From positions 45,463-109,462 of the forward strand of contig CBDEGO010000003.1 of NCBI GenBank assembly GCA_965237995.1: a stretch of DNA of 64,000 bases. The letters run 5' to 3'. The notes beneath the pieces were generated by a model. The model did no database searches. It was given only the letters and a program-made list of their open reading frames with translations, and had not been told where the DNA came from. This DNA is from Candidatus Poriferihabitaceae bacterium. Its GTDB lineage: Bacteria; Pseudomonadota; Gammaproteobacteria; Arenicellales; Poriferihabitantaceae. Position 1 is the first letter of the stretch. Each line of letters begins with the position of its first letter. A program made the translations under genes and the position numbers. Positions 32,854 through 40,546 of the stretch are shown in pieces.

Positions 32854-33210
32854 ATGAGCTTCATTATTCCAATCTTACTTAATGTGATCATAACTTTATT
32901 ATTTACTTTTGTGGCATCTGTAGCATACAAAGCTTATGTAAAAGGGGGCTCAAAAGCTAAAAATAATTATATTACTATGTCACTTTTGTATGCGCTTTAC
33001 AGTGGGTTGTCTGTTACGTTTTTTGCCTTTTATGCGATGTTTGGATGTTACTTTTTCTCAGGGTACGGATTAGACTTTGGCGAAGAAATATACTTCTGTG
33101 ATGTGAACTCTCGTATGGTTCAAGTGGTGATTGGGATCGTGGGAGTGTTTTTATTAGGCTTGTTGAAATTGAAGGGCCCATTTAAGCTAAAGGAAGCAGA
33201 TTACTCATAA
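32854..33210 (+). CDS. small integral membrane protein (hypothetical)
   Basis: 118 aa with about 4 hydrophobic helices, AT-rich, followed by a dispersed repeat copy. Confidence 0.45.
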   Translation: MSFIIPILLNVIITLLFTFVASVAYKAYVKGGSKAKNNYITMSLLYALYSGLSVTFFAFYAMFGCYFFSGYGLDFGEEIYFCDVNSRMVQVVIGIVGVFLLGLLKLKGPFKLKEADYS

Positions 33211-33223
33211 CCATAAACAAAAA

Positions 33224-33267
33224 TAGACCGATTAGAATATGGCTCTTAAGGGCAAAACTGAGACAGG
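33224..33267 (+). repeat. dispersed repeat, copy B (core TGGCYnnWAAGGGCAAAACTGAGAC)
   Basis: tagaccgattagaatatggctcttaagggcaaaactgagacagg aligns with the reverse complement of 62475-62516 (17-nt identical core plus flanking matches). Confidence 0.7.
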
Positions 33268-33275
33268 TTAGCTAA

Positions 33276-33638
33276 AAACGACTGGCTCTGGCATACTCAA
33301 AGCCGCTATTCAGGCCCTCACAGAAACTTGGTAAAACAGGAAGTAAACGGACATTAAATGCACTTAAGCTAATAAAACATCCAGACAAAACGTGGCTGGG
33401 GAAAATAGACTGGGGCTTTGACTTTTTAGGCTACCACCATACCCATGCGGGTTTAATACCCGTCAAGGACACCATCAAACGATTTCGTCAGCGACTTACC
33501 CGGCTTTATGAGCAAGATGCGACTGCAGAGTGCATTGGGGCTTACAAAAAACGTTGGTGGCGTTGGGTATGTGCTGGGCTTCCTGAGAGTTGGGTGCCAG
33601 TTGGAAAAACGAATCATAGCACCTATTCGGTCGAGTAG
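33276..33638 (+). pseudogene. C-terminal remnant of a reverse transcriptase (group II intron-like / retron-type RT)
   Basis: Open frame without a start codon, reading ...NALKLIKHPDKTWLGKIDWGFDFLGYHHTHAGLIPVKDTIKRFRQRLTRLYEQDATAECIGAYKKRWWRWV... The HPDKT-x-(I/L)G-x-I-x-x-GFDFLGY block matches the RT domain 6/7 region. RT domains 1-5, including YxDD, are absent. Confidence 0.6.
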
Positions 33639-33702
33639 CTCACGGTTTATCAAATAGGCGCGGACAAGCCCTCGAGCACAATGCGCCTCAATAAATATCG
33701 AT

Positions 33703-34350
33703 TCATTGCTCGAAACACATTATCGACCCGGGATCTGCGCAATCGCCGCTCGCAGAGCCGGTCCAACTCCCCGGGCCAACAAAAGATGGATGTTGGGTCC
33801 CATACCCGCCGAGGCTCCCTAATTCTCCAGTGGTCCAATTTGAGCAAGTGTGGACGAACTCTCCCGTACTCCATATGCCGGTCCATGGGAACAACTGAAG
33901 ACCTGAAGGTGCGCCTCCTGATTCGAGGGTGATGGGAGCAATCGGACTGACGTTAAGATCCCATAAATTATTGAAAACAAGTTGTCCATTAACGTTGTGG
34001 TAGGGTAAGTTGTGAATGACAAATTCACGATTACTACCATTGAATGTAGCAGCGCTGCCAGATGAAAGCCACGCTTTGAAAATTTTACCCTTGACCTTAG
34101 AACCGGCGGCCTCGGCATGCTGCATGCATAGCTTATCTGCCCCGTCGGGGCCATCGCTACCACCCCCTGCAGCCATAAGGTCACCATTGTATGTTGATGA
34201 TGTTACAAATAACGTCTTATGAGTAGGGGCTTCATCACCGCCTAACGGTACGACAACCACTTTAACGTTATCATGGGCTGAAACAGATAAAGGTAAGCCC
34301 ATAAAAAATGTAAGAGCACAACAACTTGTTATAAATTTATTTAGTAGCAT
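33703..34350 (-). CDS. secreted protein, DUF1554-like (C-type-lectin/endostatin-like pattern)
   Basis: Signal peptide ending VSAHD, then KTLFVTSSTYNGDLMAAGGGSDGPDGADKLCMQHAEAAG...FKAWLSS. I recall this pattern from DUF1554-type proteins. Confidence 0.45.
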   Translation of the reverse strand: MLLNKFITSCCALTFFMGLPLSVSAHDNVKVVVVPLGGDEAPTHKTLFVTSSTYNGDLMAAGGGSDGPDGADKLCMQHAEAAGSKVKGKIFKAWLSSGSAATFNGSNREFVIHNLPYHNVNGQLVFNNLWDLNVSPIAPITLESGGAPSGLQLFPWTGIWSTGEFVHTCSNWTTGELGSLGGYGTQHPSFVGPGSWTGSASGDCADPGSIMCFEQ

Positions 34351-34557
34351 TTTTCCTTTTCCATATATTTACTAAGACGTAATATTCTATAGGAGGTTAA
34401 GTAGTATGTCTTTACTTCTAGCGCCCAGTTAAATGGCCGCTTTGAGCATATTTTGGGTAAATAGTGAGTGGCTGAAATGGGCAATTTTGAGACATATTAG
34501 GAATTGGTGAGAGGGCATTGTATACTCACAATGACCATTCACTTCGAACAATGCTTT

Positions 34558-34959
34558 ATGGAAAGACGAACTGTCTTATTTAAATGGGTACCCCCAGTTG
34601 TGGCGGTGGCTGTACTACCAGCACATGCTCAAATCTCTGGAATAGCATGTACAGCAGATATTCGCCACGGGCTAGAAGTCAGAGTTATTAACGCAAGCAC
34701 TTCAGCTAACATTTCTTGTATTTCCCTAGGAACCATTACAGATATGGGTGTCGTTGGATATACTGAATCTCTTGATAATAGCTCTTGTTCAACTCAAGCG
34801 CTTGGTTCATTGGTCGGAGCATTTGAACGACCCGGACTATACAGTATTGAAGTTTCTGCTCCGGGTTTTATAACGAGTAGACTGGACAATATCTTAATTA
34901 ATAGCGACGAATGTCATGTACTCACAGAGCAGTTAGAGGTGAGGCTTACACCGATTTAA
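34558..34959 (+). CDS. small secreted beta-rich protein with conserved Tat-like leader (P1)
   Basis: The start was moved to MERRTVLFKWVPPVVAVAVLPAHAQ. The mature part has a CarboxypepD_reg-like strand pattern (GLYSIEVSAPGFITSRLDNILI). It lies directly upstream of the metzincin gene. Confidence 0.5.
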   Translation: MERRTVLFKWVPPVVAVAVLPAHAQISGIACTADIRHGLEVRVINASTSANISCISLGTITDMGVVGYTESLDNSSCSTQALGSLVGAFERPGLYSIEVSAPGFITSRLDNILINSDECHVLTEQLEVRLTPI

Positions 34960-35242
34960 CTTATAGTTCACTTTTCGACTGGCACTTTGAGAAAAACTGA
35001 AACAGTCGGAGTGCTCTTAGAGCTATCTAGTGAATAAACCTTGCGATGCCCATTTTAGGTGCTTGCGGCCATTCGAGTTCTGATCCAAATAATTACGATA
35101 GGCCAATCCCATGATCTTTTTAAGTCACTTAAATATTGTTCGGGGGGATTACAGATTGCCGTGTAAACTAACTAATTATTGTATTATAATTTTACATTGC
35201 GGTATCCCATACATTTTGTTTTCAGTGCGAGCAATAATAAAA

Positions 35243-36784
35243 ATGAAAAAATTAATATCTCTATTATTAACGATTGGCATCGTTTCCAGTATAAATGTAA
35301 TTTACGTCAACGATGTATCCGCTGCTTCTGAGCTCTTGGTAACTTCACCTGCAGCGGCAGGTGGAGGTCAAATTCCATCTGGATATTCCACGGTAGTCTT
35401 CCGGATTGGGGATGGCGATTGGACTGAAACTATTACTCTGCCTAGTACCGGATCGGATGGTAATACCGTTAAAATAATTTCATATGCTAAATGGGATGCC
35501 AATATCGCTGGGAATCATCAAATATATAAAAGTTCCACTCAATTAAAAAGTGGTGATCATTATGAATTTACATATAACTCTGGTTTAAAAGGCTGGTTAT
35601 TGGAGTCCGCACCAGAGAGGGTTCTTAGAGTTCGAGACATCGGCAGCCGCATGAGTTCTCCAACAAGCCCGCGTACGACAGTACTACTTTACAATGGAAG
35701 CTGGGTTAGTGACTTTCATTTACCATCAAATGCTGGAGATAGGGACAGGGTAACATTAAAATCAGCGGCAGCTTGGCCTTCAACTATTTCTGGCGCAAAT
35801 ATTAACAATTATAAGGAGCTCACACTAACCAATAATAATGAATACGAACTCATCTATATTGCTGAAAATAAACTATGGGAAGTCATAAAAGATACGGCAA
35901 CAAGATATCAAGCAAAGAATCTTGCAGGTGGTGTATTACCCACCTTAACTAGACCAGTGACAATAGTTGATTTTGGAAATTACAATTGGGTACCTAATTT
36001 ATATTTACCTGCTTCCTCTATTAATCACAGAGTAGTGGTTAAGTCATCAGCATTGTGGTCATTTAAAATTCATGGCCTAGCTAAGCCAGTTCAGATTCAT
36101 GATGGGCAAGAAGTATCTTTTAAAGTAGACGCTAAAGGAAACTGGCAGCAAGAGACGATTGTCATAGATGTGTTAATGCTATACAGCCATAAGGCTGCTG
36201 CTCGACTAGGGGAAAGTGCGATGCGAGCAAGAATGTTCGAAAGCTTCAACATAACAAATGAAGCATTAGAAAACTCTGGGGTCAATTTCCGCATACGCAT
36301 GGCCGGTTTGAAGAAATTAGCAGTGCCAAATCATTGGAAGACATTATATCAATCATTAGTTGAATTACGAAATCATTCAACGGCTCAAGCTTGGAGGAAA
36401 GAATTAGGTGCGGATGCCGTCTATTACGAAGGCACCGAAGAAGGTTGTGGCCTAGCTTGGGCAGATCCTAACGCTTCTTACAATAATATGGTAGCGACAG
36501 GGTCACTTAACTGCGGAACGACTGTTATGCGACATGAGTTTGGCCATAACATGGGGCTAACGCATAGTGACTATAGTATTGAAAATACTAAAAAATATAA
36601 CTATAAAATATATGCTCGCGGTTATAACGCGGTAGAGACTATTATGGGCGGTAATAAGATACCGTATTACTCTACACCAAAGCGTTATACCGAACTTTAT
36701 GGGTTTCCCATGGGAATTCATAATCATAACGATGCAGTTAGAGCGATGAATGAAGTTTCTGAAGTCGTTGCAGCACACAGCTAA
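35243..36784 (+). CDS. secreted zinc metalloprotease (metzincin, reprolysin/M12B-like) with three N-terminal ~90-aa repeats
   Basis: Start chosen at MKKLISLLLTIGIVSS signal peptide (the track ORF begins at 35111). Zinc motif HEFGHNMGLTHSD (HExxHxxGxxH). Triple repeat at aa 88-348 of the track ORF. Confidence 0.8.
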   Translation: MKKLISLLLTIGIVSSINVIYVNDVSAASELLVTSPAAAGGGQIPSGYSTVVFRIGDGDWTETITLPSTGSDGNTVKIISYAKWDANIAGNHQIYKSSTQLKSGDHYEFTYNSGLKGWLLESAPERVLRVRDIGSRMSSPTSPRTTVLLYNGSWVSDFHLPSNAGDRDRVTLKSAAAWPSTISGANINNYKELTLTNNNEYELIYIAENKLWEVIKDTATRYQAKNLAGGVLPTLTRPVTIVDFGNYNWVPNLYLPASSINHRVVVKSSALWSFKIHGLAKPVQIHDGQEVSFKVDAKGNWQQETIVIDVLMLYSHKAAARLGESAMRARMFESFNITNEALENSGVNFRIRMAGLKKLAVPNHWKTLYQSLVELRNHSTAQAWRKELGADAVYYEGTEEGCGLAWADPNASYNNMVATGSLNCGTTVMRHEFGHNMGLTHSDYSIENTKKYNYKIYARGYNAVETIMGGNKIPYYSTPKRYTELYGFPMGIHNHNDAVRAMNEVSEVVAAHS

Positions 36785-36946
36785 AAGGCTATAAAAATAA
36801 TAAGTAAAGGAAAGGCAGTTGTTTTACTATTTGTTATCACTTACATCGTAGTAGAGGCTATTTATCGAATCTCTACTAAAAAGCTTGTAAGCGATGATAT
36901 TACACCGCGTAAGGTTGATACTCCTGTTGCTTCAGGTCTTGCTGCA

Positions 36947-37501
36947 TTGAATGAAGAAATTTCAGTCTACCAAACTAGTAACAGCAGCAATACTGATAAA
37001 CAGATAGAAAACAGGGTTACCAGGGTGTTACCAAATAAGGTAACGTATTCAACATCATCGTTTAAAGGGCAACGCCCGTTAACTCAACCCACCACCATAG
37101 TGTTGGTTAAGGAACAGTTTGACTACATCAGTGACGAGCAATTGGAGGACGGACGAGAATTCATTCAATTGGACACCCAATCAATAGATGAGCTAGAGAT
37201 TGGAAAGACCTTTCAACTGGCATTAACCTCTGGTGGCCTAGTTTATACTGGGGAAATTGATAACATTGATGGGTTTGAAAATATAAAGCGCCTAACGGGC
37301 CATTTCACAGAATTGAGTGGAGACAAAATAAATCAATTTAGCATGACGATCACAAACGCTGGGCAATATGTTATTGGAAATTTTTCCACTCAAGTAGGCT
37401 CATTTTCACTTGAAGCCAAAAACGGCGTTGGTTGGATAAATTCAGCAGAAAACGAAATGCCCTACTTATTAGAGTCAGAAAGTCAGCATCAGATACATTA
37501 A
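36947..37501 (+). CDS. hypothetical protein downstream of the metzincin
   Basis: 184-aa ORF from a TTG start. The frame is open upstream to 36785 and encodes a TM helix (AVVLLFVITYIVVEAIY) with no in-frame start (see findings). Confidence 0.45.
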   Translation: MNEEISVYQTSNSSNTDKQIENRVTRVLPNKVTYSTSSFKGQRPLTQPTTIVLVKEQFDYISDEQLEDGREFIQLDTQSIDELEIGKTFQLALTSGGLVYTGEIDNIDGFENIKRLTGHFTELSGDKINQFSMTITNAGQYVIGNFSTQVGSFSLEAKNGVGWINSAENEMPYLLESESQHQIH

Positions 37502-37640
37502 TTTCGATCTGCCAGCACAACCCCGGGGGATATGATAAGAGTCTGATATCTGGTTGTAACCCCCTCATTATTAGTAGAAATAGTTAAGCGGTTTCAAGCG
37601 ACGGGACACCTCCAATCGCTGTAAGTTGTAATAGACCTAG

Positions 37641-38463
37641 TTATTTTTTACTAAACAGTTGGCAAAGCTCTTGGTCAGCTATTTGTAGCTTTGAAAAGTT
37701 AAACGTCCCAGACGTCAACATTTCGTTTGCCGCTTGGCGCGCTAAACCCAGTGTAGCGCGCGCTAAGGAGCCACCAATGCTAATTCGTCGCACACCGACA
37801 TCTTCTAGTTCATTTAAGGATATTGGCGCTCCAGATAGGCCCATTACCACACTCACTGGGCCGTTTGCTTCCTGTATCAACGCCTTTATTGTTGCTAAAT
37901 CTTTAATTCCCGGAACAAACAACAGTCTGCACCAGCTTCATAGTACCGATTAATACGTTTGATTGATTCAGGAAATGGGGTAGGGTGGCCAGTTAAATAA
38001 CACTCTGCGCGGGCGGTAATAATAAATGGGTGGGCTAGCTTTGATACCGCTTCTCTGGCAGCAGCAATACGTTCAGCACCTTCCTCTACCGAATAAAGTG
38101 GTTTTGCTTTAGACCCTGAGTAATCTTCAATATTGGCCCCAACTACGCCAGCTTTAGCGATCTTACACATACTCTCAAACACTGCATCAGAAGTGGCTCC
38201 ATAGCCATTTTCAGCATCCATACTTACGGGAATGTCCACCGCTTGCACTATTCTTTGCGTTTCTTCCAACGCAGCTTCAAGTGACAATGCACCTTCGTAG
38301 TCGGGAAGGGCGCGACTATACGCCACTCCGGCACTGGTGGTGGCAATACAGTTGAAACCCGCTTCTTGAAGTATAACCGCGCTTCCAGCATCCAAGCATT
38401 TGGCATAATAAAGGTTTTATCAGCTTGATGGAGTGCGTAAAAAGAGTGGGCTTTTGATTGCAT
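37641..38463 (-). pseudogene. isocitrate lyase/PEP mutase family gene (2-methylisocitrate lyase / carboxyvinyl-carboxyphosphonate phosphorylmutase-like) split by two 1-nt frameshifts
   Basis: Three consecutive track ORFs (38248..38463, 37895..38395, 37641..37922) together read FYALHQADKTFIMPNAW|DAGSAVILQEAGFNCIATTSAGVAYS...YYEAGADC|LFVPGIKD... when one base is added near 38393 and one near 37921. Confidence 0.75.
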
Positions 38464-38671
38464 GATGCTTAAAGGGTTACAAATTATAGTGGTTGATCCA
38501 GTTTAGCTTAAAGGCTGTGGCAAAGTCACTGACGCTTTACTCAATGGCGTGAGATGTTGGTGGGTTAAACCCTAATAAAGCTGAGGTTTCACGCATTTTT
38601 ACTCTTTTACTTCTTGCCGTTCTCAATTATATTTGTTCGCCCAAATTTTCCCGATACTGAGAGAGCCCAAA

Positions 38672-39796
38672 ATGTCCGCTACCGTTGTTAATTCTTGGAA
38701 TGAATTTGATCCGCTAACCCACGTGATTGTTGGTCGCGCTGATAATACCTGCATACCACCAGACGAAGCCGCAACCGAAGCCAAGGTGCCAGAAGACAGC
38801 GATATGCGCGGCATGTGGGGCCCTCGTCCACTAGAAACAGTCGAAAAAGCGAACATTCAACTAGATAACTTAGCGAAAGTGCTAACTGACCGCGGTATCA
38901 AGGTTGACCGCCCAACTCCATTACAGTGGAACCAAGCGATTGTTACGCCTGATTTTATGACGGCTAGCCAATTTGGTTGTATGCCGCCTCGTGATGTGCT
39001 GTTAACTATTGGTAGCGAAATTCTTAGTGCGCCGATGTCATTTCGTTGCCGCTTTTTTGAATATTTAGCCTATCATGACTTAATGCAGCGCTATTTTGAC
39101 GAAGACCCAAATTTTAAGTGGGAGCAAGCGCCGCGCCCTCGACTTGGTAATGCGTCATATAAAGAGGGCTATTTTGACGAAATAACCATTGCTCAGCGCC
39201 TAGAACGAACGGCTGCTCTAGATTTTGTTACAACCGAACACGAACCGTTATTTGACGCAGCAGATGTAATGCGACTCGGTAAAGATTTGTTCTGTCAGCA
39301 TGGTTTAACGACTAATCGACGGGGAATGCAATGGTTACAACGCCATTTTCCTGATCATCGCGTACATGCAGTTAATTTTCCAGGTGACCCTTATCCTATT
39401 CACATTGATGCCACCTTTGTTCCACTAAGACCAGGCTTGATTATCAATAATCCAAACCGCCGCTTGCCAGAAGCGCAGCGAAAAATATTTGAGGCTAATG
39501 ATTGGGAAATTGTGGATGCCGCGCAACCAGCGCACGATACGCCTCCACCATTATGTTATTCAAGTGTGTGGCTATCGATGAATTGCTTGGTGTTAGACCA
39601 TAAAACAGTCATCGTTGAAGCGAGCGAAACTAATCAGCTAGAGCAGATGGATAAATTAGGCATGAATGTTATTCCGCTGGATTTTAGAGATGCTTATCCA
39701 TTTGGCGGCGGTTTACATTGCGCCACCGGTGATGTTCACCGTGAGGGAAACTGCGAAGATTATTTTCCGAACCAAGTGCCGGGTACACTTTTATAG
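38672..39796 (+). CDS. amidinotransferase (glycine/inosamine-phosphate amidinotransferase family)
   Basis: Start at MSATVVNSWNEFDPLTHVIVG. The C-terminal GGGLHCATGD carries the family's catalytic Cys. About 375 aa. Confidence 0.8.
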   Translation: MSATVVNSWNEFDPLTHVIVGRADNTCIPPDEAATEAKVPEDSDMRGMWGPRPLETVEKANIQLDNLAKVLTDRGIKVDRPTPLQWNQAIVTPDFMTASQFGCMPPRDVLLTIGSEILSAPMSFRCRFFEYLAYHDLMQRYFDEDPNFKWEQAPRPRLGNASYKEGYFDEITIAQRLERTAALDFVTTEHEPLFDAADVMRLGKDLFCQHGLTTNRRGMQWLQRHFPDHRVHAVNFPGDPYPIHIDATFVPLRPGLIINNPNRRLPEAQRKIFEANDWEIVDAAQPAHDTPPPLCYSSVWLSMNCLVLDHKTVIVEASETNQLEQMDKLGMNVIPLDFRDAYPFGGGLHCATGDVHREGNCEDYFPNQVPGTLL

Positions 39797-39808
39797 GGTC
39801 CATTGAAG

Positions 39809-39855
39809 AGAGTTCCTAAGGTCTAAAATGAGATCGTTTGAAAGGTAGGAACTCT
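39809..39855 (+). terminator. long-loop hairpin after the amidinotransferase gene
   Basis: AGAGTTCCTA...(27 nt)...TAGGAACTCT followed by taaaaattt. The loop is long for a classical terminator. Confidence 0.3.
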
Positions 39856-40004
39856 TAAAAATTTAAGGCAAGAACGCAAAGGCTAACGTAGGAGAATGAA
39901 ATACGCAGGGCCACTGTAAGTATTGAACTTAGTTATCGCTTAAGTGCGCATAATGTATATTATGTAAAGTAATTGAAATTCTAAACCCCTCCCTTGAACT
40001 TACA

Positions 40005-40083
40005 CTGGTCCCCCAAGTAATTCTTTAATAATTTACAACTAAGCCCTTAATATACCAACTAACTCATTAATTCTGGGGACCAG
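40005..40083. repeat. 9-bp inverted repeat pair bounding a ~79-bp AT-rich segment (MITE-like)
   Basis: CTGGTCCCC (40005-40013) and GGGGACCAG (40075-40083). The adjacent bases are also partly symmetric. Confidence 0.45.
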
Positions 40084-40153
40084 GTGGACGTCCAAGCAAT
40101 TGTTTAAACTTTTCCAAGCAAAGTATTAAATTTCCAAGTAATCTATTAAACTA
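40013..40153 (+). repeat. array of ~21-bp direct repeats, consensus CCAAGYAAnnTnTTAAAYT
   Basis: Three contiguous copies start at 40092, 40114 and 40134 (CCAAGCAATTGTTTAAACT / CCAAGCAAAGTATTAAATT / CCAAGTAATCTATTAAACT). One good copy is at 40013 (CCAAGTAATTCTTTAATAATT) and a degenerate one at about 40055 (CCAACTAACTCATTAATTC). Confidence 0.7.
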
Positions 40154-40185
40154 GAAATCCGATTGATTTAGCTCTATATTCAAAC

Positions 40186-40539
40186 TCAAGTTAGTGCGCG
40201 ACGTAACTTAAGTGTTACTTCATATATAGAGATTCTTCCACTACTCATTTTACTACCTAGCTTAACGAAATCTTGATTTTCAAACAAACGCAGGATGTGA
40301 GTAGATAGCGCGATCGGAATCTTCAATTTGTCAGCGAGTTCATTGTTAGTGTGCAACTCCTCATTTACAATAAGCCCAGCGTATCTATCCACTATGTCGC
40401 CGTAACCTTCTAAATACGACTCGCAGTATTTTTGAAAGCCGTAGAGAGTATCCGGGTCACCACCCATATAATTACGAACTGAAAAATAGCCATCTCCTTC
40501 TAGTATGCTTATTGAATCTAAAATCTCTGATTTAGGCAA
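40186..40539 (-). CDS. hypothetical protein with C-terminal winged-helix-like segment; 5' end abuts the IS
   Basis: 117-aa ORF from a TTG start. The C-terminal ELADKLKIPIALSTHILRLFENQDFVKL...GRISIYEVT looks like a wHTH. The upstream in-frame stop lies inside the IS terminal repeat. Confidence 0.4.
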   Translation of the reverse strand: MPKSEILDSISILEGDGYFSVRNYMGGDPDTLYGFQKYCESYLEGYGDIVDRYAGLIVNEELHTNNELADKLKIPIALSTHILRLFENQDFVKLGSKMSSGRISIYEVTLKLRRALT

Positions 40540-40546
40540 TTCATAT

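Noticed and set aside
33650-34187. ORFs 33453..33653(-), 33650..33886(-), 33681..33932(+) and 33819..34187(-) around the RT remnant and the DUF1554-like gene.
   Set aside because: They overlap the better-supported RT-remnant frame or the 215-aa secreted-protein gene. Their Arg/Pro-rich shadow-frame composition gives no support.
35111-35242. 44-codon N-terminal extension of the metzincin ORF, and similar extensions at 34504, 38633, 48983, 41584, 42644 and 1075.
   Set aside because: Internal Met codons followed by clear signal peptides or conserved N-termini give better gene models. The extensions are Cys/Ile-rich or otherwise atypical.
40091-40153. The 21-bp repeat array as a CRISPR array or as a proven Tn7-like transposon end.
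   Set aside because: The repeats are contiguous with no spacers and are too short and degenerate for CRISPR. There are no tnsABC-like, cas or integrase genes anywhere nearby, so the transposon-end idea stays only a hypothesis in the findings.
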